From contig CAWBMV010000034.1 of NCBI GenBank assembly GCA_963789955.1, forward strand, positions 832,001 to 896,000: a stretch of DNA of 64,000 nt, in the 5' to 3' direction. The notes beneath the pieces were generated by a model. It was not told where the DNA came from. It saw only the letters and a list, made by a program, of their open reading frames with translations, and made no database searches. Origin of the DNA: an uncultured Candidatus Rokubacteria bacterium. GTDB taxonomy: Bacteria > Methylomirabilota > Methylomirabilia > Rokubacteriales > CSP1-6. Below are positions 19,788 through 29,316 of the stretch, in pieces. Every line of letters starts with the position of its first letter. The stretch's first letter is position 1. A program made the position numbers and the translations under genes.

Positions 19788-21481
19788 CTGGCGCGGCAGA
19801 GGAGCGGCCAGAGCCTCGTCGAGGCGCTCGCGGCGGCCGCCCCTCGTTACTCTCCCGACGATCGACCGCGCAAGGTCGATGCTCCTGGAGGAGCTCGACG
19901 GCGCCATCGTCCGCGACGCGCGAACGCTTCTTCGCCTGCACGAGACCCTGTGCTTTCTGCAGGCGTACCCCGACGACGCCAAGATTCTCGAGCTGGTCGA
20001 TCGCGCGCTGGAAACGTTCGCGGCCCGGGTCGATCGACTCGGGCCCGCCGCGCGCCGGCGGCTCCACGATTCCGGCGTCGCCCACAGCACGCTCGATTAC
20101 CCCTTCGGCTTTCCGATGGCCCGCTGGCTCGCCGCGCGATTCCCGCGCGAGACCGAGGTGGCCTGGGCCGCGTTCGTAGACGCCGACCGGCTGGACGAGA
20201 CGCTCTCGCTGCTCGCGACCACGGCGGAAGGCGACGCCTTCAGCGAAGGCGGGATGGGGTGGCGGCAGTGGATTCGCGTCGCCAAAGGCGATCGCCGTCT
20301 CAGCGACGTGCAGCTGATCCTGGAATTGTTCGAGCGCGCGCGGCTGCCCGAGGAGACGCGCGACTGGCTCTTCGAGAGCCTCGGTCTGCCGATCCTCTGG
20401 CGGACGCGGGGCGCGGGCGGCTCGAGGACACTCGCGCGGGTCCCGGCGGGCTCCACGTTCTTCCACGCCGGCGCGCTCGAGCGCGGCGACGTCGATCTCG
20501 TCGAGGCGATTCGGGAGCCGCTGCCTCTCAGACGAGCGCCACGGCCGCTCGCCGAGACGATGATCGACGCCGCGCGTCTGGCGATGGCCACGCGCCAGCG
20601 GGAGCTCCACGCGTTCGCGTACCCGAATCCGGACGACGTGCTGGTGGCGGACGCGGGCCGCGGCCTCCGGCTCGTGTTCATCGGCATCGAGCCGGACTTC
20701 CGGCTGCCGCTCGAGGGTTACTACGGCTTCCTGGCGCTGAAGAACGGCGTGCCGGTGAGCTACGGCGGCGGGTGGGAGCTCTTCGGCGCGCTCGACTTCG
20801 CCATCAACATCTTCGCGTCGTTTCGTCAGGGCGAGTCGCCGTACCTGGCGACCCAGCTTCTGCGCGCGTACCGGTTCATCTTCGGCATGCGCACGGTGGT
20901 GATCGACCGCTACCAGCTCGGCCACGAGAGCACCGAAGCGCTGCGCTCGGGCTCGTTCTACTTCTATCATCGGCTCGGTTTCCGCCCACGCGACCCCGGC
21001 GTCGTACGCACGCTCGCCGAGGAGCGGGCGAAGATCGTCGCCGATCCCGCCTACCGCTCGCCGATTCCGGCCCTGAAACGGCTCGCCGCGGCTGAAGTCT
21101 TCCTGACACTCGCCGGCGGTCATCCAGCGCCCGAGGATCGCCTGCGCGCAACGGACGTTTCGGCGCTCGTCGCGCGCTACGTCGCACGCGAGTTTGGCGG
21201 CGACCGCGCCCGGGCCACACGCGACTCGGCTGAGCGTGTCGCGCATACGCTCGGCGCGCGACGGCGCAACACCTGGCCGCCCGGCGAGCGTCGCGCCTTC
21301 GAGCGCATGTCGCTCGTCGCCGCGCTCATTCCGGATCTTTCGGCCTGGTCGCTCGCCGAGCGCCGTGCCCTGCTCGCGGTCATGCGCGCCAAGGGAGGCG
21401 GGACCGAGATGGCCTACGCGCGACGGCTCGATGGGCATGGCCGCCTGCGTCGAAGCCTCGAAGCTGCTCGCGCGCGCGTAG
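19788..21481 (+). CDS. Uncharacterised protein of about 560 aa (ends approximate; probable frameshifts near 19875 and 21465)
   Basis: Long ORF with host-like codon pattern; contains a FYHRLGF motif reminiscent of GNAT motif B. Confidence 0.6.
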
Positions 21482-21532
21482 CCTCTCCATATCACTGGCC
21501 CGGTGTTCTAGCTCCGGCCTGTAAGTTTTCGC

Positions 21533-21579
21533 TTGACAGGCACTTTCAATACTCCGTATGGTTTCAGCAGATGCTGAAA
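21533..21579 (+). promoter_or_regulatory. sigma70 promoter with overlapping inverted-repeat operator
   Basis: TTGACA(21533)-N18-TATGGT(21557), then TTTCAGCA-GA-TGCTGAAA (21562-21579). Confidence 0.7.
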
Positions 21580-21598
21580 TGTTCGGAGCAAGAGAAAG

Positions 21599-22648
21599 GT
21601 GCTGAAATCCGAGGAGGTTCGGCGACAAGTGGCCCAGAGACTTCGGGAGCTTCTCCCGAAGGCGAAAGGCTGGCAGGAGAGCATCGGCTCCAAAATAGGC
21701 GGACAAGTCGTCGATTTGTTGGCCAGATTCCAGCTGGCCGGCCAGGAGCACACGTTGGTCGTTGAAGTGACGCCTCTCGGCCAGCCACGCCAGATCAGGG
21801 CCGCCGTGACCAGGCTGAACGACATTCGACGGGAGCTTCCGGGCGCCTATCCGATGGCCGGCGCCGTCTATATCGGCCCGCAGAGCGCGCGAATCCTCAA
21901 GAGCAACAACCTCGGCTTCGTGGATCTCTCGGGCAACTGCTACCTCGCCCTGGAGAACGCGCTGATCGAGAAGGAGGGCAAGCGGAACGTCCGGCCCTCG
22001 ACGCGGCCCCTTCGCTCGCTCTTCGCCCCCCGCGCCACGCGCGTGATCCGCGTGCTGCTGGTCGAGCCCGACCGGGCGTGGCGGCTGGAGGAGCTCGGGC
22101 GCGCCGCCGAGGTGAGCCTCGGCCACTCGCACAACGTGATCAAGCGACTCGAAGAGCTCGCATGGGTCGAGCGTGACGACAGCCAGCGGTTCCGGCTCTC
22201 GAAGCCGGCCGACCTGCTCGAGGGGTGGTGCGAGTCGTACACGTATCGAGCCAACGAGCGTACCTCGTATCTCGCTCCGGAGCGCGTCACGCGAAAGTTC
22301 ATGGGCGAGGTCGCCCGGGTCGCGGGCGCCGAGGGGCGCCGGTACGCCTTCACCTTGAACGCCGGCGCCGCGTTGCTGGCACCCAGTCTGAGATTGCCGG
22401 CCGTTCACTGCTACCTCGAGGGAGACCCCGCGCCGGTCGCTCGCACGCTCGGGCTGCGACCGGCCGCGGAGGTCGACGGAGCGCTCCACTTGCTCGCGCC
22501 CTACGATCTCGGCGTGTTCTACGGCGCCTTCGAGAAGGGCGGGCTCAAGGTGGTGTGCTTGCCGCAGCTGTACGCCGATCTCGTGCACTACGAGCGCCGC
22601 GGACGGGAGCAGGCCGAGCACCTGCGGCGCGAGGCGATGGGCTACTGA
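21599..22648 (+). CDS. AbiEi-like (AbiEi_2/DUF2186-type) wHTH regulator/antitoxin
   Basis: FVDLSGNCYL, LFAPRATRVIRVLL, wHTH EELGRAAEVSLGHSHNVIKRLEE, C-terminal PQLYADL..RGREQAEHL. Confidence 0.72.
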   Translation: MLKSEEVRRQVAQRLRELLPKAKGWQESIGSKIGGQVVDLLARFQLAGQEHTLVVEVTPLGQPRQIRAAVTRLNDIRRELPGAYPMAGAVYIGPQSARILKSNNLGFVDLSGNCYLALENALIEKEGKRNVRPSTRPLRSLFAPRATRVIRVLLVEPDRAWRLEELGRAAEVSLGHSHNVIKRLEELAWVERDDSQRFRLSKPADLLEGWCESYTYRANERTSYLAPERVTRKFMGEVARVAGAEGRRYAFTLNAGAALLAPSLRLPAVHCYLEGDPAPVARTLGLRPAAEVDGALHLLAPYDLGVFYGAFEKGGLKVVCLPQLYADLVHYERRGREQAEHLRREAMGY

Positions 22649-22672
22649 ACGATCGCGGAAGGAGGTGATCTA

Positions 22673-22711
22673 GTGGCCAAGAAGAAGGCGACGAAGAAAA
22701 AGAAGAAGTAG
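22673..22711 (+). CDS. Poly-lysine micro-ORF 1: MAKKKATKKKKK
   Basis: GTG..TAG preceded by AAGGAGGTGATC. Confidence 0.55.
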   Translation: MAKKKATKKKKK

Positions 22712-22767
22712 ATCCGATCCGATGAGGGCGGCACCGAGCTTGGACACGGAAGGAGGTGAGACGCTCG

Positions 22768-22800
22768 ATGAAGAAGAAGGCCAAGAAGAAGAAGAAGTAG
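22768..22800 (+). CDS. Poly-lysine micro-ORF 2: MKKKAKKKKK
   Basis: ATG..TAG TAA preceded by AAGGAGGTGA. Confidence 0.6.
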   Translation: MKKKAKKKKK

Positions 22801-22816
22801 TAACGCGGCTGCGCTT

Positions 22817-22879
22817 GGTGGGGGGTGGCGGCCTCCCACCGTTGACCATGCGGGAGGGGGCCAACGCCCCCTCCCGCGT
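22817..22879. terminator. Two tandem GC-rich hairpins between convergent units
   Basis: ggtgggggg..cctcccacc (22817-22840) and gcgggagggggc-caac-gccccctcccgc (22850-22877). Confidence 0.65.
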
Positions 22880-22888
22880 GTGCTGTGC

Positions 22889-23080
22889 TTAAATGACCTT
22901 CGTGACCTTGCCGGCCTTGAGGCAGCGGGTGCACACGCGCACGCGCCGGGGCTTTCCAGCCATCATGGCGCGCATCGAGACCAGATTCGGAAGCCACCGC
23001 CGCCGTGTCAGCTTGTGAGCATGGCTGATCGTGTTCCCGACGGAGGGGCCTTTTCCACAGACGTCGCAGCGCTGAGCCAT
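22889..23080 (-). CDS. rpmB: 50S ribosomal protein L28 (zinc-ribbon C+ form)
   Basis: MAQRCDVCGKGPSVGNTISHAHKLTRRRWLPNL..VCTRCLKAG. Confidence 0.96.
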   Translation of the reverse strand: MAQRCDVCGKGPSVGNTISHAHKLTRRRWLPNLVSMRAMMAGKPRRVRVCTRCLKAGKVTKVI

Positions 23081-23145
23081 TTGTGCTCCCTGGAATTGAG
23101 TTTCCGAGGACAGAACCGAAGGCACTGTATAGCACAGGGGCCGCC

Positions 23146-25236
23146 ATGAAGCAAACCGCCGCGGCGTCGAATCTCGCGACGCCTCTGCAGTTCGTCAAAG
23201 GCGTCGGCCCGCAGCGCGCGGGTCAGCTCGAGCGGAAGGGGCTTCGCACCGTCGAGGACGCCCTCTTCTTCGTGCCGCTCCGCCACGAGGACCGAACCCG
23301 GCTGACGCCGTTCCGGTCGCTCGTCCCCGGCCAGGCCGCGACGTGCTCGGGCACGATCGTCGGCGTGAGCCCGCCGCCGCCCGGACGGTTCCGCGTGCCG
23401 TTCACCGTCATGCTGCGCGACTCGAGCGGCTACGCCACCGCCAGCTGGTTCGGCTGGCGGTATCTGTCGCGCGTCCTCAAGCGCGGCCAGCAGCTCGTGC
23501 TGCACGGCCGTGTCGGGCGCTACAAGGGCGCGATCGTCCTGCAGCAGCCGGACTACGAGATCGTCGAGAACGGCGAGGACGAGCGCCTGCACACGGGCCG
23601 CCTGGTCCCGGTGTATTCGCTCACCGAGGGGCTGCCCCAGCGCGCGCTCCGCTCCATCATGTGGCGGCTCGTCGAGGCGCACGCCGCCGAAGTGGAAGAG
23701 GTGCTTCCCGAGAGTGTTCGCGGGCGACGGGGACTCGTCGGACTCGCGCAGGCGATCAAGGACGCGCATTTTCCCGAGACCGATGCGGCACTGGCGGCGG
23801 CGAGCCGCCGCCTCTCGTTCGACGAGGGCCTGCTGCTCCAGCTCGGGCTCGCGATCCTGCGTTCCCGGGTCGCTCGCGCGCGCGGGCTGGCGCTGAATCC
23901 GCGGGGCGATCTGGTCGCGCGGCTGCGCGCGCGGCTGCCGTGGAAGCTGACGGGGGCGCAGGAACGCGTGTGGGAGGAGATCCGCCGCGACATGGCGGAG
24001 CCGCACCCGATGCATCGCCTCCTGCAGGGCGACGTCGGCTCAGGCAAGACGATCGTGGCCGCCCAGGGGGTGCTGACGGCGATCGAAGCCGGCTACCAGG
24101 CGGCGGTCATGGCGCCGACCGAGATCCTGGCCGAGCAGCACTTCATGACGTTCCGCCAGCTGCTCGAGCCGCTCGGTGTGCGTCTGACCCTCTTGACCTC
24201 GTCGCTCAAGCCGAGCGAGCGGAAGGCGCGGCGCGCCGTCCTGGCCGCGGGAGAGATCGAGTGCGTGGTGGGCACCCACGCGCTCGTCCAGGAGGGCGTC
24301 GACTTTCGCCGCCTCGGGCTCGTGGTCGTCGACGAGCAGCACCGGTTCGGGGTCGAGCAGCGCGCGCGGCTGCGCGGGAAGGGCGAGCACCCCGATCTCC
24401 TGGTGATGACGGCGACGCCGATTCCGCGCACCCTGGCTCTCACGATCTACGGCGACCTGGACGTGTCGGTGCTCGACGAGCTACCGCCCGGACGCCGCCC
24501 GATCGTCACCGTCGCCCGCTCGGAGGGCAAGCGCCGCGCGATCTACAAGTTCCTCAGAGAGCAGGTCGCCGGCGGCCGCCAGATCTACGTGGTCTACCCG
24601 CTGGTCGAGGAATCCGAGGCGCTCGACCTCAAGGCGGCGACCGACATGGCGCGTCACCTCGCGGACGAAGTCTTCCCCGATCTCACGGTCGGCCTGCTGC
24701 ACGGGCGTCTCGGCTTCGAGGAGAAGGACGCGATCATGCAGCGCTTCAAGGCCGGCGAGATCGACGTGCTCGTCTCGACGACCGTCATCGAGGTCGGCAT
24801 CGACGTGCCGAACGCATCGGTCATGCTGATCGAGCACGCCGAGCGCTTCGGTCTCTCGCAGCTGCACCAGCTGCGCGGACGCGTGGGGCGCGGCGAGTGG
24901 AAGTCGTACTGCATCCTGCTCACCGCCGGCCGTCTCACCGAGGAGGCCCAGCGGCGGATCGACGCGATGACCTCCACGAACGACGGCTTCCGTATCGCCG
25001 AGGTCGACCTCGAGCTGCGCGGCCCGGGCGAGTTCTTCGGCACGCGGCAGTCGGGGCTCCCGGAGTTCCGGGCGGTCGACATCCTGCGCGACACGAACCT
25101 GCTCGAGGAGGCGCGCCGCGAGGCGAGCGCGATCATCGCGCGCGACCGCGAGCTGTCGGATCCGGCGCATCGTCCGCTCCGCGCCGCGTTGCTCGCACGC
25201 TGGCGGGGCAAGCTCGCGCTGGCGACTGCCGGCTAG
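23146..25236 (+). CDS. recG: ATP-dependent DNA helicase RecG
   Basis: RLLQGDVGSGKT, DEQHRFG, MTATPIPRT, QLRGRVGRG, DLELRGPGE. Confidence 0.97.
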   Translation: MKQTAAASNLATPLQFVKGVGPQRAGQLERKGLRTVEDALFFVPLRHEDRTRLTPFRSLVPGQAATCSGTIVGVSPPPPGRFRVPFTVMLRDSSGYATASWFGWRYLSRVLKRGQQLVLHGRVGRYKGAIVLQQPDYEIVENGEDERLHTGRLVPVYSLTEGLPQRALRSIMWRLVEAHAAEVEEVLPESVRGRRGLVGLAQAIKDAHFPETDAALAAASRRLSFDEGLLLQLGLAILRSRVARARGLALNPRGDLVARLRARLPWKLTGAQERVWEEIRRDMAEPHPMHRLLQGDVGSGKTIVAAQGVLTAIEAGYQAAVMAPTEILAEQHFMTFRQLLEPLGVRLTLLTSSLKPSERKARRAVLAAGEIECVVGTHALVQEGVDFRRLGLVVVDEQHRFGVEQRARLRGKGEHPDLLVMTATPIPRTLALTIYGDLDVSVLDELPPGRRPIVTVARSEGKRRAIYKFLREQVAGGRQIYVVYPLVEESEALDLKAATDMARHLADEVFPDLTVGLLHGRLGFEEKDAIMQRFKAGEIDVLVSTTVIEVGIDVPNASVMLIEHAERFGLSQLHQLRGRVGRGEWKSYCILLTAGRLTEEAQRRIDAMTSTNDGFRIAEVDLELRGPGEFFGTRQSGLPEFRAVDILRDTNLLEEARREASAIIARDRELSDPAHRPLRAALLARWRGKLALATAG

Positions 25237-25250
25237 GGGTGCGTAGGAGT

Positions 25251-25284
25251 TAATATATATAGCAATATATAATATATATTGACA
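25251..25284. promoter_or_regulatory. AT-rich palindrome overlapping TTGACA
   Basis: CAATATATA-A-TATATATTG perfect 19-bp palindrome (25263-25281) overlapping TTGACA at 25279. Confidence 0.6.
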
Positions 25285-25544
25285 CCGGCCCCCGCGAGGT
25301 CCAGCGTGTGCGTAGTTGTGAAGCTGGTGACGCGCTTTTGAGGCGGGGAACCTCGAGGGCGCGCCGGCTGAACGCCGCGACCGATGTCGCGAGGTGCAGT
25401 GAGGTGCACCTCCCCGCTCCCCTGACGGTCTCCGCAGACCGCCCGCCCGGTAGCTCTTCGAAGGCTCGGAATCGCCCCGGCAGATCTTGCTGCCACGGCT
25501 CACCCTGGGGTCTACCTCTCCAGGCTGGGAAAGGCACGCTCGAC

Positions 25545-25964
25545 ATGTCCGGTCCGATGACGGGGACACCGGTGGCGATTTTCAACTCCCATGCGGAGTT
25601 CATCCACTCACTCAAAGACGCCCTCGAGCGTGAGGGACTGACGACTGTTACCGCGCTCCTGGCCGAGATCCAGGACGGCACGCTCGATCTCGTCGCGTTC
25701 CTGGAGACGCACGACCCGCAGGTGATCGTGTACGACCTCCCCCGTCCCTTCGAGCGGCACTGGAACTTCCTGCGGCTCCTGAAGCAGACCCACGGTCTGC
25801 GCAAGAAGGCCTGGATCCTCACGACCACTGACAAGAAGGCGCTGGACGCGGCGGTGGGAGCGTCCGGCGTGATCGAGATCATTTTCGGCGAGCCCTATGG
25901 AGTCGACGAGGTCGTGGAGGCGGTCCGCAACGCGCTGTCAAACGGCCGGCCCGTTGAAGCGTGA
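25545..25964 (+). CDS. Atypical single-domain receiver-like protein
   Basis: DPQVIVYDLP, ILTT, GEPY..DEVVEAVR follow the REC pattern but the acidic pocket and the conserved Lys are missing. Confidence 0.55.
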   Translation: MSGPMTGTPVAIFNSHAEFIHSLKDALEREGLTTVTALLAEIQDGTLDLVAFLETHDPQVIVYDLPRPFERHWNFLRLLKQTHGLRKKAWILTTTDKKALDAAVGASGVIEIIFGEPYGVDEVVEAVRNALSNGRPVEA

Positions 25965-25967
25965 GGA

Positions 25968-26411
25968 GTGACGCGCATGAGTGCGAACCGTTCTTCGCCG
26001 GATCGCGTGTACCTGGGGGGCGTGCGAGTTCTCCTGGTCGACAACTCGCAGTCCATCCGTGAGGTGGTGACCGCCATGCTCGAGGACTACGGCGCGAGCG
26101 TGACCGCGGTCGGCACGGCCGACGAGGCGCTGGAGGTGCTGGAGCGCGAGCGCCCCGAGGTCCTCCTGAGCGCGCTGGCGATGCCGGACAAGGGGGGCTA
26201 CTGGCTCATCGGCAAGGTTCGCGGCCTGCCGCCCGAACGCGGGGGCACGACGCCGGCCGCCGCGTTCACTGGGTTCACCGGTCCCGCGCATCGAGCCAGC
26301 ATCTTGCGCGCCGGGTTCCAGTACCACATCGAGAAGCCAGTCACCTCGGACAACCTCGCCGGGATCGTCGCGCTGCTGGCGCTGAAAGCTCCATCCTCTC
26401 CGCAAGACTGA
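25968..26411 (+). CDS. Single-domain response regulator lacking the phospho-acceptor Asp
   Basis: VLLVDN, EALEVL, VLLSALAMP (Asp to Ala), AGFQYHIEKP. Confidence 0.75.
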   Translation: MTRMSANRSSPDRVYLGGVRVLLVDNSQSIREVVTAMLEDYGASVTAVGTADEALEVLERERPEVLLSALAMPDKGGYWLIGKVRGLPPERGGTTPAAAFTGFTGPAHRASILRAGFQYHIEKPVTSDNLAGIVALLALKAPSSPQD

Positions 26412-26529
26412 ACCCAGGCATCGCGGTCGCGTGGCAGGGCCGGACCATTCCCGAGGCCCCCTGTGTTACCTTCCCCCGCGTCATGTCGCGAACACGAAGC
26501 TCCCCGATCGATCGCACCCGCCGGTCGGC

Positions 26530-27085
26530 GTGCGCGTGATCGCCGGAGCGCTGAAGGGCCGGCGGCTCGTGACGCCGCGGGGCGCGACGACGCGCCCGAC
26601 CGCCGATCAGGTGCGCATCGCGTTGATGGATACGCTCGGGCCCTGGCTCCCCGATGCACGCCTGCTCGATCTCTTCGCCGGTGCCGGCGGGGTCGGCGTT
26701 CGAGGCGCTCTCGCGCGGGGCGGCGCACGCGACGTTCGTCGAGCGTGATCCGCGCGCGATCGCCGCGCTCGTCGAGAATATCCGGACGCTCGACCTCGAG
26801 CCGCGGACCTCCGTCGCCCGTGGCGACGTCGCACGACAGCTCGAACGGCTGGCCGGCGAGGCGCGCCGGTTCGAGATCGTCTTCCTCGATCCGCCCTATG
26901 CGACGGACGACGGCGAGCGCGTGCTCGCGGCGCTCGGCGACGGCGCGCTGCTCGCCCCGGCCGGCATCGTCATCGCGCAGCATCTGACCAAGCGGCGTCC
27001 GGCGCCGGAATACGGCGTGCTGCGCGCGTTTCGCGACCGTCGATTCGGGGAGACGACCTTGACTTTCTTTCGAGCGGGAGGGTAG
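26530..27085 (+). CDS. rsmD: 16S rRNA m2G966 methyltransferase RsmD (frameshift near 26700)
   Basis: MRVIAGALKGRRL, TRPTAD, LDLFAGAG, EALSRGA, FLDPPY. Confidence 0.9.
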
Positions 27086-27094
27086 CCTACCGCC

Positions 27095-27580
27095 GTGGCC
27101 AAGCGTGCCGTCTATCCCGGCATGTTCGATCCCGTGCACAACGGCCACGTCGACGTCATCCAGCGCAGCCTGCAGATCTTCGACGAGCTCATCGTCGCGG
27201 TGGTCGCCAATCCGTCGAAGCAGCCGCTCTTCTCGGTGAAGGAGCGGCTCGAGATGATCGACGAGGCCACCTCCGATCTGAGCAATTTCCGGATCGTCGC
27301 CTTCGACGGGCTCTTGATCGACCTGGTGGCGCGCGAGCGTGCCGACTGCATCGTGCGAGGCATCCGCGCCGTGTCGGACTTCGAGTACGAGTTCCAGATG
27401 GCGCTGATGAACCGGAAGCTCCGCAGCACCGTCGAGACGGTGTTCCTGATGCCCCACGAGAAGTACACGTACATCTCGTCGCGCCTCATCAAGGAAGTCG
27501 CCAGCTTCGGCACGTCGGTAGCCGGCATGGTGCCGCCGATCGTCGAGAAGCGACTGGCCGAGAAGTACCCTCCCAAGTAA
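27095..27580 (+). CDS. coaD: Phosphopantetheine adenylyltransferase
   Basis: YPGMFDPVHNGH, RGIRAVSDFEYEFQMA, ISSRLIKEVA. Confidence 0.96.
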   Translation: MAKRAVYPGMFDPVHNGHVDVIQRSLQIFDELIVAVVANPSKQPLFSVKERLEMIDEATSDLSNFRIVAFDGLLIDLVARERADCIVRGIRAVSDFEYEFQMALMNRKLRSTVETVFLMPHEKYTYISSRLIKEVASFGTSVAGMVPPIVEKRLAEKYPPK

Positions 27581-27611
27581 CCCGGCGGTTCGCCGCCGAA
27601 GGAGCCACGCC

Positions 27612-28812
27612 GTGCTGGCCGATCGCTTGAAGACGCTTGCCCCCTCGTCGACGCTCGCCGTGCAGGCGAAGGCCCGTGAGCTGCGCCGCCGCGGCGTCGA
27701 CGTGATCTCGTTCGGCGCGGGTGAGCCGGATTTCGACACGCCCGAGCGGATCAAGAACGCGGCGATCCAGGCGATGCGGCAGGGCCACACGAAGTACACC
27801 GAGGTCGGCGGCGTGCCGGAGCTGCGTGCCGCGGTCTGCAGCAAGTTCAAGCGCGACAACGGGCTCGACTACGAGCCGGCCGACATCCTGATCTCGTGCG
27901 GCGCCAAGCACACCTTGTTCAACATGGTGGTCGCCCTGTCTGAACCCGGGTGACGAGGTGCTGGTGCCGAGCCCGTTCTGGGTCTCGTATCCGGAGCAGG
28001 CGCGGCTCGTCGGCGCGGTGCCGGTCGCCGTGGCCACGCAGGAGCGAACCGGATTCGACCTGGACCCGGATCGGCTCCGCGCCGCGGTCACGCCGCGCAC
28101 GAAGGCGATCATCCTGAACAGCCCCAACAACCCGACGGGCGCGGTCTTCTCGCCCGCCGCGCTGTCCGCCGTCGCCGCGCTCGCCGTCGAGCGACAGCTG
28201 ATCGTCGTGTCCGACGAGTGCTACGAGGCGCTCACGTTCGAGGGGCGTCACCAGTCGATCGCCGGCCTCGGGCCGGAGATCAAGGCGCTCACGCTCACGA
28301 TCAACACGTGCTCGAAGGCGTACGCGATGACCGGCTGGCGCATCGGCTTCGCGGCCGGCCCGCGCGAGCTCATTCGCGCGATGACCGACGTCCAGAGCCA
28401 GGTGACGTCGAACCCGTCGTCGGTCGCCCAGTGGGCCGCCGTCGAGGCGCTCGCCGGAGCCCAGGACGAGGTCGCCAAGATGGCCGGCGAGTTCGATCGG
28501 CGGCGGCGTCTCATCGTGCCGGGGCTCAACGCACTCCCCGGCGTGTCGTGCGCGATGCCGAAAGGGGCGTTCTACGCGTTTGCGAACGTCTCCGGCCTGT
28601 TCGGACGAGAGTGGCGATCGGCCGAGGGCCCGAAGACTCTCAAGGGATCGCTCGACGTCACCGCGTTCCTCCTCGAGGAGGCGAAGGTGGCGGTCGTCCC
28701 GGGTGTCGACTTCGGCTCCGACGATCACGTGCGGCTCTCGTACGCGACCAGCGAGGCGCTGATCAGCGACGGCCTGACGCGGATGCGGGCGGCCCTGCAG
28801 CGGCTCGCGTGA
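27612..28812 (+). CDS. PLP-dependent aspartate aminotransferase family (frameshift near 27940)
   Basis: GEPDFDTP, NSPNNPTG, SDECY, SKAYAMTGWRIG. Confidence 0.9.
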
Positions 28813-28865
28813 TCGTTGCGCGCCTTGACAGCCCGCGCGACATTCTCTACTAAGGAGAGCTACCG

Positions 28866-29306
28866 ATGAAGCTTGAAGGCTCGTACGACGTGAAGGCGCC
28901 CCGCGACAAGGTCTGGAACGCGTTTCTCGATCCCGCGACGCTCCAGAAGGCGATTCCCGGCTGCGAGAAGCTCGAGCTGATCGGCGCCGACGAGTACAAG
29001 GCGACGCTCAAGATCGGCGTCGCCGCGGTCAAGGGAACGTTCGAGGGCAAGGTGCGGCTGCTCGACAAGAAGCCCCCCGAGTCCTACCGTCTGGCCGCCG
29101 AGGGGAGCGGCGGGCCGGGGTTCGTCCGGTCCGACACCGTGATCACCCTGTCGGACATCGAGGGCGGCACGCGCGTCTCGTACAGCGCGGACGTCCAGGT
29201 CGGCGGCCTCATCGCGGGCGTCGGCCAGCGCATGCTCGGCGGCGTGTCCAAGATGATGGCCGATCAGTTCTTCAACCGGATGGGCGAGCTGCTGACGACC
29301 GCCTGA
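28866..29306 (+). CDS. CoxG/SRPBCC family protein
   Basis: VWNAFLDPATLQKAIPGCE, VGGLIAGVGQRM. Confidence 0.85.
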   Translation: MKLEGSYDVKAPRDKVWNAFLDPATLQKAIPGCEKLELIGADEYKATLKIGVAAVKGTFEGKVRLLDKKPPESYRLAAEGSGGPGFVRSDTVITLSDIEGGTRVSYSADVQVGGLIAGVGQRMLGGVSKMMADQFFNRMGELLTTA

Positions 29307-29316
29307 CCGAGCCCGA

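Noticed and set aside
22656..22670. AAGGAGGTGATC as a remnant of a 16S rRNA 3' end on the minus strand
   Set aside because: No flanking rRNA-like sequence; better explained as a Shine-Dalgarno site for the micro-ORF
28825..28853. TTGACA-N17-TACTAA upstream of the coxG-like gene
   Set aside because: The -10 candidate overlaps the AAGGAG RBS, so the transcript would exclude it; not confident
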